Source: Lama glama
Taxonomy: Eukaryota
Direction: 5' to 3'
DNA length: 64,000 bases
Assembly (NCBI GenBank): GCA_028534125.1
Contig: CM052817.1
Location: 25,236,001-25,300,000, forward strand
Every line of letters starts with the position of its first letter. The first letter of the stretch is position 1. This document shows positions 25,435-39,120 of the stretch, piece after piece. The notes under the pieces were generated by a model. That model was not told the DNA's origin and did no database searches. It saw nothing but the letters and a program-made list of their open reading frames with translations. The position numbers were made by a program, and so were the translations under genes.

Positions 25435-25655
25435 AAACAAATACTTACCTAGCACTTACCATGTGACAGGTACATTCTAAGCACTTGACAAACACTGACT
25501 CATTGAATCTTTCATAACAGCCCTATGAAATCTATACTATTATTATTCCCATTTTACAGTTGAAGAAGCAGAAGCAGATTGCTTAAATAACTGGTCCAAG
25601 ATCACATATCAAAGGTAAGCGGTACAGCCAGGACCTGAACCCAGGCAATCTAGTC
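25435..25655 (-). mobile_element. MIR SINE
   Basis: gcacttaccatgtgacagg...attattcccattttacagttgaagaa...ccaagatcaca...gaacccaggcaatct. Confidence 0.8.
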
Positions 25656-26179
25656 CATTCCCTCAGGAGGTGTCATGGCCACGTTCTTTATTTGGGAAAC
25701 CCTGCTGAGACCACAGCAAGCTGGATGAAATACCAGGGCCAGCTCTGCACACTATAAAACAACAGCAGGGCCAGAAGTCTTGAAGCTGTAAATGTCTCTG
25801 TTGATAAGCTTTGTGGAGCCACAGCCTCAGCCAGAGAGACTTCGATGAGGTTGGTTGAGCAAGCAGCAGGCTGATCTCCCCAGCCCCTGGCGCTCTGCCC
25901 ATCTCTCCACTCCCACTGCCTAGGAGGGTGCAGCCTGGGCTCAAGTTTCTTCATTCTTCCTCACCCTCTTGGCTCAGTGAACATGAATTTGCTCGCTGTT
26001 GCGGCTGGAGTGGATGGGAGGGTGGCAGAGGGACGGAGGCGTTAAAGTCATCAAGAGGAAAAGAAATAACTTGTCTGAAACTTTTAGTAACTTTCATTTT
26101 TTTTTTAATTACAAAAGCGATATGTGTTTGTGGCAGACATTGCAAAGGGGCTGACTCACCCCCGTTTCCCAACCCCCTT

Positions 26180-26462
26180 CTCTCTTCTACTTTCCAGTTA
26201 GGGGTGGTCATGTGATGCAAATCTGGCCAATTAGGTACAAGCCTATCGTGGAGTTCCTGGGAACGCTCTTGTTTTCCTAAGACAGGCGCTGATCCTTCTG
26301 GTCCCCCTTACTACTCTAAATGCACATGTGATGACGGGAGGGGCAGTGGCCCCACGTTAAGGCCATAAAGGGAAAGTCACGGAAACTTCAGACATCAGTC
26401 CTAGACTGGTTGAGCTGCTGAGACACAGTAGTTTGGATTTTTGTTACAATCCTAGCTACACA
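26180..26462 (+). mobile_element. MaLR LTR remnant (MLT1I/J-like)
   Basis: gttaggggtggtcatgtgatgcaaatctggccaat...gtgatgacgggaggggcagtggcc...ggatttttgttac. Confidence 0.55.
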
Positions 26463-26464
26463 AT

Positions 26465-26674
26465 ATTCTATATAATGTGCATTGTAGAAAAGTTAGAAAA
26501 TACAGGAAAAAAAAGAGAAAAACATTACCTATAATCCTACCATCCAGGTTTGGGATTTGCAGATACTAGCTATTATATATTAAATAGATAAACAACAAGG
26601 TCCTACCTTACAGCACAGGGAACTATATTCAATATCTTGTAGTAGCCTATAATGAAAAAGTATGAAAAGGAGTA

Positions 26675-26712
<38 letters not shown>

Positions 26713-27330
26713 ACTGAATCACTATGCTGTACCCTAGAAACTAACACAACATTGTAAACTGACTGTGCTTCAATTAAAAAAAGTCCTGCCATCCAGAAAT
26801 AACCAAAATTACTATTTAAATATATAGGCCTTCAGTTTTTTCTCTTTTTATGGTTTTACGAAAATAGGGAATAAGGCTATAAACACTCTTTTGTGACTGA
26901 CTCTTTTCCTTCCAGTGTGCTATTCTCATTTGTCTATATTCATCTTCTTGTCACTGTATAAGTGTTCCAAAGTTTATTTAATCTAATCCCTATTGTTGAA
27001 CATTTGTATTTCCAATTTTTAACTGTTGTAAACAATGATACTGTGAATATGTTTGTAGATGCACCTTTGTCTGATTTTTTTCCTTAGGATTATTTCCTTT
27101 GGATGAATTCCAAAAATTGATGTGAATTGCTGGATCAAAAAGAATGTATTTTTTTAAGCTTTATATACCTATAGATAAAATGCTCTTCATAAGGGTTTTG
27201 TCAAATTTTACACTATCACTTGCAATACATGCCTTTCCTCCATCACTGTCAATACTGGGAATGATCACCTTTTTAAAAATGTCTCAGTTTAGTAGGCAAT
27301 ATGTAGATTAATTTAAATTAATTTAATAAT
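26465..27330 (-). mobile_element. Old L1 (L1ME-like) interrupted by a younger L1 3' end
   Basis: gaaaagttagaaaatacag...ccctattgttgaacattt...aattgctggatcaaa is antisense L1ME-type sequence. Confidence 0.65.
26548..26781 (+). mobile_element. Young artiodactyl-type L1, 5'-truncated 3' end with target-site duplication
   Basis: aacaacaaggtcctac...cacagggaactatattcaatatcttg...cttcaattaaaaaaa. TSD aatcctaccatccag (26533-26547) / agtcctgccatccag (26782-26796). Confidence 0.9.
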
Positions 27331-27374
27331 TGATTTTAACATATTTCTATGACACCATTTCCCATTTCTAATTC

Positions 27375-27570
27375 TCTTAATCACCTGTTATGTGCAAAAC
27401 ACTGGGCTAGGTAGTTTATATATGTTAATTCCTTTAATTCTCCCAAATCCATTATCTTCTGTTTTGTGGATGAGCAGACTACAGCTCAGAGAGGTTAACT
27501 TGCTCAAGATCACACAACTAGTAAATGGTCAAACTAGCCTTCATAACCAGGTCTTCCTGACTCCAAAGCG
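27375..27570 (-). mobile_element. MIR SINE
   Basis: gctcagagaggttaacttgctcaagatcacacaactagtaaatgg. Confidence 0.8.
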
Positions 27571-27629
27571 ATCCTATAATAAATAAAGATTTTCTTAGAA
27601 AGGGCATGGCGGGGCAAGTATAAGTTCTC

Positions 27630-28095
27630 AAGTCCTAGTTGAATCAGCCAGGAACCAGTAGGAAAGAGATGGCATTCCCCAAGGGATAACTGAAGAGGGT
27701 TCATGGAAGAAACTATTCACAGGGGTGTGGGGAGGGTTAAGGGACTGATCAAGGGCTGATGAAGCACTAGGGGACTATCAAAGGCAGGAAGCCATGGTGA
27801 TTCCAGGGCTAAAGGGGCAGGAAGAGAGATGTCTTATGGGAACCTGGTGATATCCGTAGCCAGGGGAGAGTGGCTGCCGGACAGTGGCCGTGGCCATTGA
27901 TAGAGGAGCACAGCCAAAAGCACAGAGCAGTGAGGGCATAATAGTGCACCCAGCTCTGATCTGCTGCTGACTCCCACTGGCCAAATCCAAGCAGAAGCCA
28001 GAGGACAAGAAAGCCTGCATGAGTCATCCATGGAAACCAACCTCAGGGACACCTGACAAGGGAAAGAAGGGTGGAGAATGGACCTACTGGGGCAC
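27630..28095 (-). mobile_element. ERVL LTR33-like
   Basis: ctcccactggccaaatccaagcagaagccagagg...gggtggagaatggacc is the reverse complement of the LTR33-type 5' end. Confidence 0.65.
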
Positions 28096-30592
28096 ATGAG
28101 CTCTTTATTACCTTTAGAAGAGCAGAACTGTATCACCCTGTGACTAACTGTTGATACACTTTAAAACCCATGTGCAAGGCTGCCATGGGATTAAATGCAA
28201 TCATGTAGATAAAGGGCTTAGTGCAGTCTGGTACATAGCAAGTACTCAGTCAAAATGAGTTATTACTGTTTTCACACTTAGAATTAGCACTGGACCTGGA
28301 TCACTCCAGAAGATTCTTCTTATTCTTTTTTCCAATTGGCAACTCAGCCTTCCAACCACTGGCCATGAAACAAGAACAACAAGCTTCAAAAACAAAACCA
28401 CCACAACAAAAAATAAAAAAAGAAAGGAAAGGAAAAAAAAAAAACCAATTTCTTCTCCTTGGGTACCCACCTGGGCACATTTCCCAAACTCCCTTGCTCT
28501 GAGCTATAGGACTGAGCTCCCCCAAAGGAGCGTGAGTGGCTGCAGTGAGCAGAACTTCCAGGCCTGGCGCATAAAAGCCTCTTACACGCATCCCTCCCTG
28601 CTGTCTCCTCTTTTGCCAGCTCTGTGAATGAACGAGATTTCCTCAGAATCCTTGTCTGGAGAGAGACAGAGCCCCTTGTCAGTCCGTGTCTGTGTTTGAG
28701 CAGAGCCCCCACCCCATCCAACCCCCCTCGACCTGGAATTGCCTTGGCTCCTTGTGGAAAGGGGAACTATAAGTGGATGGTGTTAAGCTACCGATACAGA
28801 GAGCTTCTTCTCAGTAACATGTAATGCTGTCATCATCAAGACAAAAGACCGAACATATTAGTGCAATATTCAGACAAGGACCCAGACCAGCACTGATGGA
28901 AACTAATCAATGCACGGTGAGGCTTCTCAGGAAGTTGAGGAAGGGCCTCAACTTTCCTTTCCCTGTTGAGAACTTAATTGTGGTTTACTTGAATTATTAT
29001 GCTCTACCAAGAATCTCTATTAAAAATCCCTGAAGACGAGCAGGTATTTCTAGAAGTGAGAGGCCTGGCACTGTGTGTCATCAGTTTGATAAGGTTTGGG
29101 TTCACATCCAGTCCCCATTCCTTGAGAGCAGTGGACCTTGGACAAGTGACTAGACTTCTCTGAGTTCATAGGTACAAGGAATGGAAAAACCATGTCAGAC
29201 ACACAGGTGGCACGCAGTGCAGGCTTGATGAGTAAGAGAATAAAGCGAAAGGAAGAGATGGATATTCCGTCTCTCCTCTCTCTTCCATTCAGTGAAGGTG
29301 ATCTCTGATTCCTGTGGTTCCTTCTCTCTCAGAAGGAGACTTGTGGACAGTAACTGGGAGGAAGAAGGGGACAAAGGAAGGATAAGGGCATGGCAACGGC
29401 CAGCTTCATGTCTCACTGCTTCTTCCTCTGAGATTGACACAGACCCCGACTCCCTCAGAGAGAGCCCCTCCGGTCCACCGGTCCTCCCGAAGTATAACAT
29501 GGAGGTAGAAACCAGACTCTGGGTCAGACTGCCTGGGTTGTAATCCAGCCTGTCTCACTTACCACAGAGCTCCTCGGACAGTGCCTGGGCTAAGTAACTG
29601 CTACTGACGTTAGCTATTATTACTGTTAGAGCCTGTCAGCAGACAGAGGCGTTCTGGACAAAGTTCCTGCCTCTCCTCCTTGGCAGATGCTGGCACTGGT
29701 CCCACCCCAAGGAGGCATCTTGCCTTGAAGCTCCTGCCCCGATCCACATCCTCTTTGACTGAATGTCACTAAGTCAGAAAAAAAATTTTTTAATGATTCG
29801 TAAGTCTCAAAAATAGACTGGAAGAAAGGGAAAAGCTTCAGAATTACTAGGGCACCAGCCCCTGCTCTAGTCTTAGGAAGACAGTAATGGATGTGTGGAT
29901 GATCTGGTTATATCAGCTTTCACCTGCATGGCCAGGCAATGCTGCCAATATCAACTTTTCCATCAGTTACATGAGGAATCATCCCACCCCATAACAACAA
30001 GACAGAGAAGTAATGACTACAGAACATTAAAATATATAAAGCTAAGAGCATCCACAACATGATTGCAGTAGGTAAAAGGACAGATTTTTAGGTATATATT
30101 CCATCAATTTAAGCTCCTGAAAACCTAACATCTCATACAATGAAATGACAATATAACACGGTTAGTAGATAAAGAAGACATGACTGCGTAGCTGCTGGGG
30201 TAAACTTGAAATTCCCTGACCTGAAGTCATGGCGTCCTGTCACAGCAAGGGCCAGGAGGAACGTTCTAGACAAATGAATGGAGACATAGAGATTATTCAG
30301 GCCCACCTACTATGTGCCAGGTGCTTAATAGATGTCACCTCATTTAATTGTCACTAAATCTATGTTTTACAGACAGCTTGCAGGAAACCATCTGTTCCTG
30401 TGACCAAAGCATGCCTCAGGAATTACAATGACCTGGATTTACAACTGCACTTTGCCACTTTTCAGCTGTGTGAGTTTTAGAAAAGTTACAGAGCCTCTCT
30501 GAGTCTGGGAGGAGAAAAAGGGCTAACATATGTAAAACTCCAGTAAATAATAGGTACCTAATCAATAGGATTTTTTCTCCTCTTGCTTCTGT

Positions 30593-30779
30593 TAGTGGTT
30601 TTCAACTTTGGCTGCACGTTACAATCACTTGAAGAGCTTTAAAAAATACTCTTGACTGAGTCCTTCCTTCGGAGGGTTAGATTTAATTAGTCCAGGGTGC
30701 CTCCTGGCCATGGGCATGGGGATTTTTAAAAGCTCCCCCAGGGAACATCTAAAGTGAAGCCAAGGTTGAAAACCACTTG
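30593..30779. mobile_element. MER5-family hAT-Charlie MITE
   Basis: TIRs tagtggttttcaa / ttgaaaaccact, with internal tttaaaagctccccagg. Confidence 0.85.
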
Positions 30780-31217
30780 TCTTAATTGAATCCGGTGTCC
30801 AGAGGGAGTTAGTGAGTGATGCGGGGACCACAAGGTATCAGAACCGGGAATTCTGGGAACTGCTGACACTCCCTCTGCCATTAAGGGAGAGGACACAGAA
30901 AGCCTGGGCTCCCTCCGCTGAGCGTCCTCCAAGAGAGCCAATTTATGCAGAGGAAGGAAAGGCCAGACTGGTGGTTTTATCTTGATAAAGGATACCGTTT
31001 GGGGAAACCAATTCTTTGGAACAAAGTATAAGAGTCAAAGAGCCTGTGGGTGTAATTCTTCAAACCAAATGCACATTCCAGAAACCAAGATAAGTCAGTC
31101 TTGCTGTCATAACGGAGGTCTGAGATTCTGGATCCTGCACAGTGGCTGGGTGACACTTCAAGCAAGTTCTCTAACCTCACTGAGCTTCAGTTTTCCCATG
31201 TCTTAAGGACACGACTA

Positions 31218-31485
31218 CTTTTTTTTTGGACATATAGTTGATTTTCAATATTGTATTAGTTTCTGGGGTACAGCAAAGTGATTCAGTTATACATATAGAC
31301 ATACGATGTTTCATATTCTTTCCTGTTATGGTTTATTACAGGATATTGAATATAGTTCCCTGTGCTATATAGTAAGGCTTTGTTGTTTATTATGTATTCG
31401 TTGTTTGTATCTGCTAATCCCAAACTCCTAATTTATCCCTTTCCCGTCCCCTTTACCCTTTGGTAACCATGAGTTTGTTTTCTAG
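31218..31485 (-). mobile_element. Young artiodactyl-type L1 3' end inserted into a MIR
   Basis: PolyT followed by gtttctggggtacagcaaagtgattcagttatac...ggatattgaatatagttccctgtgctata. Confidence 0.85.
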
Positions 31486-33311
31486 GGACAGGGCCATTTT
31501 TAAGGAGAACTACCTGAAAACGTGAACTTCTCAGGAAAAAAAAAGTTATATCCATTTTACATATACCAGAGTTCATGAACCACATTAATTTTTTCCTAAA
31601 TAGATAATCCCTAAAAACCTTCCAAATTTATAAAATTATTTTTCTCCAATTAAAAGATTATTTAAGGTTCTGCTGTGTGGGTGGGCTCTACTGGGGGGCT
31701 GCTGAAGGGAGAGGGGCTTCGAGGAGGGGGTGTATCTGAGCAGGAGCTAACAGTGCTGGACCTCTGCAGAGAGGGAGTCATTTCAAAGACCTTGGGTCTA
31801 GGCAGCCCCATCAAGTAACTAAAAAACAACTTCTCAGAAAAAAGAATCGGCCAAAGAATTACAACCCTAACTCTTTTTCTCTGGAATAAATGCCTTTAGA
31901 ATGTTTTTCAAAGTCTAGGTTAGAAAATCCACATTTCATTATCTTGATGGAAAGCACACAGCTCTTCGGACCAGTGAAGTTGGCTGGAAAGGGGAACCCG
32001 AGCATTTGAATCCCATTCCTTCCAGCAGCTCATTGTGGATTCCCCACCGGGCCAGGGGCTTCACCTCTCAGTGCCCCCGCCTGGAACAGGCAGATAACAG
32101 GGCTAACCTCACAGGGCTGGTATGAGGAATGGCTAATAAAATGTGATAGCGACACGCCCAATTTAAATGCAAAAGGCTGTAAAACAACAAAAAGCGTATT
32201 TAAAGATTTCCACTGCTGGGCGATTACGGGGGTGGTGAAAGGGAGAGACAATAGGGCTTTGAGAGTACCTCATTTACTTTGCTCTCTAGTGTACACTTCA
32301 GTTAGTCAATGAAAATATATTATTCCGTGTGCCAGACACTGCCAGACTGGGAAACACAGAACAGTCTTGGTTCTCACGTGACTTGTAGTCAGTCGCTCCA
32401 GGAAAGACATATAAAACCCCACTGAAAAATATTCTAAATCACAGCGATCCCCTCCACCCCACCCTGTCCAATATTTACCAAATTCTATCTGCATAAGACA
32501 GTGCTAGAGCTATGGGAAATGCAAAGCTTGTAAGATGGATCACTACCCTTGAAGAGTCTGAAATCTCACCTTAAAGAGAAGACTTTGGAAAAGGGGGAAA
32601 TAGCCCAACGTAAGATAAGATCCGATGTCAAGTGAATATTCAGCCTCTTCTTTCATTTGTGTTTCTTTTCCATTTGAGTGGTTCCCTTCTCCACCCTTCT
32701 CTTCTTAAGAATCTCTTCTACACTTCTCTCTGATTTCTAGATCTCTCTTAGGACTGTTGTAAACCAACTAACATATTTGCAACACTATAAATGGCAGGAC
32801 CTAGAAAGTGCATGCCTTATCAAAGCATTCAGATTCATTTTCTGTATTACACGGTTACTTACATGCAATAAAATGCTCAGATTCTAAGTATACAGTTGAA
32901 TGAGTTTTTAATCAACATATGCACCCTTATTAACATATAGAATATTTTTATCCCTGGGGAAGTTTTTCTTGCATCCCCTTTCATCAATTTTTCCCCATCT
33001 AGAGGCAATTATGTTCTGATTGCCATCACCGTAGCTTAGTTTTACCCACAGGTCTTCATATACATGGAATTACACTGTGTGTACTCTTTATGTCTAACTT
33101 CTTTGATGCAACATAATGGTTTTGAAATTTATCCTTTTTAGTTGTATGTATCAGTGGTGTGTTTGTTTTTACTGCTGAGTAGTATTTCTTTGTGTGAGTA
33201 TACTGGACTTGGGTTTATCCATTCAATTGTTGAAGTTTTGGCCATTATGACAGAGTTGTTGTAAATATTCTAAACAAGTCTTTTTGTGGACATATGTGGT
33301 TTCCCCCCACC

Positions 33312-33830
33312 CACCCAGCTTTACTGAGATACAATTGATGTAATATGGTGTAAGTTTAAGGTATACAATGTGATAATTTGTTACACTTATACATTTTGAA
33401 ATGACTATCACAGTAAGGTTAGTTAACACTTCCATCACCTCACATAATTACTGGTTCTTTTTTTTTTGTGTGTGACGAGAACATTTAAGATCTACTCTTT
33501 TAGCAATTTTCAAGGATATAATAAAATATTGCTAACTAATATCACCATCCTGTACATTACACTCATAGAACTTATTCGTCTTATAGCTGGAAGGTTATAC
33601 CCTTGGACCAACATCTCCTCACTTCCCCACCCCCCAGTTCCTGGTAACCACTATTCTACTCTCTGTTTCTATGAATTTGGCTTTTTAAAATTCCACATAT
33701 AAGTGATATCATATAATGTTTGTCTTTTTCTGACTTATTTCACTTCCCATATTGTCACAAATGACAGAATTTCCCTCCTTATCATGGCCAATTAATGTAT
33801 ACCACATCTTTATCCATTCATCTATTCATC
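33312..33830 (-). mobile_element. L1MA9-like 3' end nested in an older L1
   Basis: cagctttactgagatacaattg...ttaacacttccatcacctcacataattac...gagaacatttaagatctactcttttagcaattttcaag. Confidence 0.8.
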
Positions 33831-34081
33831 TGTCTAAGAAATTTTGCCTACCCCTACCCTGAGATATTCTCTATATTCTATCTTGAATTACTTTTAGTGG
33901 CTGATATGACAAGAGTCTTCTAGCACCATTTCTTAGAAAGACTATCCTCCTTGAATTATAATGGTCCCTTTATCAAAAAACAATTGGTTGTAAATGTGGG
34001 TCAGGTTCTGGATTCTCCTGTTCTCCATTGATCTACTTGTCAATCCTTACATCAGTACTACGCCATAAGTTAAAAGTAAGT

Positions 34082-34632
34082 CTTTGTCATCTATTGCTGC
34101 ATAACAAATTATCCCAAAATTTAGTAGTGTAAAACAACAAACACTTATTATTCCACATGGTTTCTGGCAGTCGGGAATCCGAGAGCAACTAAACTGAGTG
34201 GTTCTGCCTCAGGATCTCTCTTGAAGTTGCAGTCAAGCTATTGGCTATTGGCTCAGGTTACAGTCTTTTGAAGGCTGGGCTGCAGGGTCTGCTTCCAAGC
34301 TCACTAATGTGGCTGCCGACAGAGTCCTCAGTTCCTGACTGGCTGGTGGCCATGAGCTTCAGTTCCTCATCATGTGGGCCTGTCCCTACTCATGACAGAG
34401 AGACTGGCTTTTCTCAGAACAAGTGATCAAAGACAGAATAAGAGAGAGGAAGAGAGGGAGAGAGAGATCACCGTGTCTTTTATAACTTAATCTAGGAAGC
34501 AACATACCATCACTTCTGCCATCTACTCTTGGCCACACAGACCAACCCTGATACCATCTGGGAAGGGACCACACCAGGATAATGCCAGGAAGTGGGGCTC
34601 ATTGGGGGCCATTTTATATGCTGCTTATTATC
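34082..34632 (-). mobile_element. MaLR LTR, MLT1F-like, nested in L1
   Basis: ctattgctgcataacaaattatcccaaaatttag...ccatcacttctgccat...cagaccaaccctgatac...cattgggggccatttt. Confidence 0.8.
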
Positions 34633-35254
34633 CTGAAATCACAGTCTTGGAAATATGTGGTATCAGTCATCTACCTTAGTTTTTCTTTTCCAAGATCATT
34701 TTGTCAACTCTAGATCGTTTGCATTTCTATATAAATTTTAGAATAAGCTTGTTGCTTTCTAAAAGGTATCCTGCTGGGATTTTCATGGGATGGCACTGAA
34801 TCTATAATCAATTTGGGGATTGTTAACATCTCATCAATTTGGAATCTTCAAGTATGTGAATATGGTATTTCTCTCTATTTATTTTTTCTCAGCAATATTT
34901 TTTCATTTTCAATGTAGAGGGACTGCATTAATTTATGATGACTATTATTAATGCATATTTCATTAATTTGTTTCTAGGTATGTTATGTTTTCTGAAAATA
35001 TGTTAAAAATTTTTAAACGATTTCTACTGATTATTGCTACCACATAGAAACAAAACTGATTTTTTTACATTGTTATGGGTTGAAATGCATAACCAACTTG
35101 CAAATTTGCTAAATTCACTTATTAGTTCTGCTAGTTAGTCTATAAATTCCTTAGGACTTTCTAGGTGAGCAACAAACTATGTTGAAACTAGTTTTCTTCT
35201 TTTTCAATGTTTATCCCTTTCATTTCTTTTTCTTGCCTTCTAGTACTATCTAGC

Positions 35255-35455
35255 ACAGGAGTCAAAAAAGATTTTCTGTAAAGTGCCTGGTAATCCATAT
35301 TTTAGGTTTTGCGGGCCATGTGGTCTCTGTCCCGACTCTGCTACTGTAGCCCCAAAGCAGCCATAGAAAATATGTAAATGAACATAAGTGACTGTGTTCC
35401 AATAAAATATTATTTCCAAAACTGTATGACCAGGCTGGGCCAAGAGCCATTGTTT
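35255..35455 (+). mobile_element. MER58A-like DNA transposon
   Basis: ttttctgtaaag...atattttaggttttgcgggccat...aaagcagccatag...ctgtgttccaataaaa. Confidence 0.8.
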
Positions 35456-35459
35456 CACA

Positions 35460-35815
35460 GTGTTAAGGTCATGAAAGTTAAGGAAAGACTAAGGAACTTG
35501 TTTTCAATTGAAGATGACAGAAGAGATATGACAATTCAACATATCATGTGATCGTGAATCAGATCCTTTTGCTATATAGGATGTTATTGAGATAATTGGT
35601 GGAACTAGAGTGGGTCTAAGGATTAGATGGTAGTGATGTGTCAGTGTTAATATTCTGATTTGTATGTTGTGACTCATGTCTTTGTTTAGAAGAAAATTGC
35701 ACTCAGATATCAAAGGTGATGGTACATTATGTTGGCAGCTCACTTTCAATCGGTTCAGAAAAAAAAAAGTTCTTTGTGTTGTTGTTGCAAAACAAAAATG
35801 TATTATTGGGCCAGA
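35460..35815 (+). mobile_element. L1MC-like 3' fragment
   Basis: aaggtcatgaaag...ggaaagactaaggaact...ggattagatggtag...tcagtgttaatattctga. Confidence 0.7.
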
Positions 35816-36641
35816 TAGTGTGAAGAGCAATTGTAGGTCCAAGGCGTACAAGAAAAAGCCAGAGACCTGTGAGAATATCTCAACATCCAAATGTGAGATT
35901 TGGGTTCTGGGTGGAGAACTAGGCATTGCCTATACTCTCATATACTTTATATATATATTTTACCTTTAAACCACTAAATAAAAATACATTAGTGCCCTTG
36001 CTACATATACTAAGTATCCTGACCCTTTAAGGTGAATTATGAGTAGTCTCAAATTAGGCCAAATAAACAGAGCTCTGAATTAGTAAAAGATCTTTTATAT
36101 GTCATATATCACTGCATCCCTGCAATAACCAGGAAGAATTATTAACCCACTTTTACAGATGAAAAACCCAAGGTTATTAAAGGCAGAGAAGCAGCTGTCC
36201 GGACCCAAACCAGAACTCTGATGGGAGACCTGGGCTTTTTCCATTAATCACAAATGACCCAGTTTTGCCCAATATTTACTCCTCTGGGTAAATTACTTAA
36301 AATGATACTATCTCTACGGATCAGAAGGGACCTTCAAAGTTCTGTATGTAGTTCAGCTTCCAATCAGAGAGTTTACGGCCCCCATATGTGCATAACGTAG
36401 TGTGGAATGCATACTTAATAAAAGCTATTTCCTTATCTGGTAGTGATAACCTGCTGTGGAAATATAACAAGTCTATGTGTGGGAAGGACCTCTGAAAACA
36501 CTTAAGCTCCAAACTATAGTAACATACTATTATTTAGCTCTCCAACTTAGCTACGCTTTCATTTACTTCTTAAGAGTACTTTCATGGGTTTCTCCTAATT
36601 CCTTACTAATTGCCCTCAATAATCCCTTTATTAAATCCTCA

Positions 36642-37365
36642 TTTTTTTTTAATTTTGGTAAAAATATGTAACATAAACTTTACCACTTTTAAGTGTACCA
36701 TTTGGTGGTGTAAATACAGTCACATGGTTGCATAACCATCACCACCATCCATCTCTAGAAGTTTTTCCTCTTCCAACTGAAACTCTGTACCCAGTAAACA
36801 ATAACTCTCCATTCCCCCTCCCTCTGGCCCCTGGCAACCACCATTCTACTTTCTGTCTCTATGAATTTGACTACTCTAGATAGATACTCACATAAATGGA
36901 ATCGTACACTATTTGTGCTTTTGTGGCTGGCTTATTTTACTCAGCATGTTGTCCTTAATCCCCACGTTGTATAATGTGTCAGAATTTTCTTCACAAGTGG
37001 ACAGTATTATATTGTGTGTATATATACCACATTTTGTTTATCCATTCATCTATCGATGGACTTTTGTGTTGTTTCACCTTTTGGCTATTGTGAATAATGC
37101 TGCTATGAACATGTGCAAACAAATATTTGAGTCTCTGTTTTTGATTCTTTTGGATATACACCCAGAGATGGAATCATTTTCTATGGTAATTCCACATTTA
37201 ATTTTTTGAGGAAACATCATATCATTTTTCATAGTGGTTACACTATCTTACATTCTCACCACTGGTACACAAGGGTTCCAATTTCTTCACATTCTCACCA
37301 ACATTTGTCATTTTCTGGTTTTTTGATAAGAGCCATCTTACTGGGTGTCTCATTTTGATTCTTAA
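36642..37365 (-). mobile_element. L1MB-like 3' fragment
   Basis: aaccatcaccaccatccatctctagaa...cccctggcaaccaccattctactttctgtctctatgaatttgactactctag...ttggctattgtgaataatgctgctatgaacat. Confidence 0.85.
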
Positions 37366-37373
37366 ATACCTAC

Positions 37374-37834
37374 TGTTATGGGTTGAATTGTGGAATCTCA
37401 ACAAAGAGATGTTGAAGTCCTCACCCCTGGTACCACAAAATGTGATCCGATTTGGAAATAGGGTCATTGCAGATGCAGTTAGTTCAAATGATGTCATACT
37501 ACAGCAGGATGGGCCCCTAATCCAGTATGATTGGTGACCTTATAAGATGATGGTCCTGTGAAGACACACAGATAGAACGCCATGTGGCTACAGAGGCAGA
37601 GACTAGAGTTATGTAGCTGCAAACCAAGAAATACCAAAGATTGCCAGCAGTTCACCAGAAGCCATATTGCGGCAAGGGCAGATTCCCACATAGCTTTCAG
37701 AGGGAGCACAGCCCTGCTGACACCTTGATTTTGAACTTCTAACCTCCACAACTAGGAGGCAGTGAATTTCTGGTATAAAAAACTGGTAAGCCAGTTTGCA
37801 GTACTTTGTGGTAACAGCTCTAGAAACTACTACC
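37374..37834 (+). mobile_element. MaLR solo LTR, MLT1B/C-like
   Basis: tgttatgggttgaattgtg...atttggaaatagggtcattgcagatg...gagggagcacagccctgctgacaccttgatttt. Confidence 0.85.
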
Positions 37835-38744
37835 GACACCTTACCCTTGGGGTCCAACTATCGTATCCCCTCGGGTCCTCTACCACCTCCTTCTCGGTTC
37901 TCATGAAATCTGGTTCTTTGACTGCTTTGCCCTGACCTTCCCACCTTCTCCTCTTTTTACACTCAAAAAATTCATTCAATAAATATGGATGGAGGCCCTA
38001 CTATGTGACAAGTGCTGTTCAAGGGGCTGGGGATATTGTAGTATCTTTAAAGGCTTTTTTTTCCCCTCTTAATGATGATGCAAAGTTTTGGCTGCTTTTC
38101 TTACTATTTCTCCTAAATTGTTAATAAATTTCAAGAACACGTTTTATATTTCCACCATTTCTTTATCCTCTTTCCAAAAGTCTAAAAAATATCTTCCTCC
38201 ACTTTTAGTCCAGGTTTAGAACATTCACACATAAAATGACACTTTTAATTTCATAGCTCCACTTCATCAGATGGAAATTTCAGCATGTTAGAATTATGGA
38301 AATAAGCTCTATTATATCTCACATCTTTTCCTCAAACATGATGTGCTATGACTTCATGAAGCCTTTGATTAGTATTCATGTGAACAAAATTGAACGTTTT
38401 GTAAAATAGATATTAATATTTATTTCCTTTTTTATCTCCCTTGCTAATTAAAGTTCAGGTGGTCCCTCGCTCCCAGATTAAGCCTGTAAGATGGAAAACT
38501 CACTGTCTGACTACTTGTCCTTTAGGTGAAGCAGCAGTGAAGAAACTGGGCGTGGGGGACCAGAATGGGGATGAAGTGTGCAGAGATAGCTTGAGATTCA
38601 AGATCTGGGTGGTCTGCTTTTCCCGCTGTTCCTCTTACACCGTTTTGAGTTCCCTCTGAAATTTGAACAGAAAGATAAGATACTCAATCTGAACACTGGA
38701 CTTTCTGAGGTAACAGTGAGAAGTCAAAATATTGAGAAGGAACT

Positions 38745-39111
38745 TGCTATAGACTGAAAGTTTTTGCCCCCATCCCCCAAAATTCATATCTTGAAATTTA
38801 ATCCCCAGTGTGATGGTATTTGGAGGTGGAGTCTTTAGGAGGTGATTAGGTCATGAGGGTGGAGCCCTCATGAATGTGATTAGTGCCTTTAGAAAAGGGA
38901 CCCCAGAGAGCTCCCTTGGCCCTTCCACCACCTGAAGAAACAAGGAAAAGATGTATATCTATGAAGCAGGAGGTGGACCCTCATCATACATAGACTTGAC
39001 CAGGTCCTTCATCTTGCACTTCCCAGCCTCCAGAACTGTGAGTAACAAGTAAATGTTTATAAGCCACCCAATCTGCAGCATTCTGTTACAGCAGCTCAAT
39101 GAACTAAGGCA
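38745..39111 (+). mobile_element. MaLR solo LTR, MLT1A-like
   Basis: tgctatagactgaa...ccccaaaattcata...ggtgattaggtcatgagggtggagccctcatgaat...gaactaaggca. Flanking 5-bp TSD gaact/gaaca. Confidence 0.85.
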
Positions 39112-39120
39112 GAACACTTT

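Larger units (their letters stand above)
32845..35250 (-). mobile_element. Old L1 (L1M) fragmented by nested insertions
   Basis: Antisense L1 3'UTR/ORF2 pieces at ~32845-33300, ~33830-34075 and ~34640-35250 (for example ataaattttagaataagcttg, gaatctatatcaatttgggg). Confidence 0.7.
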
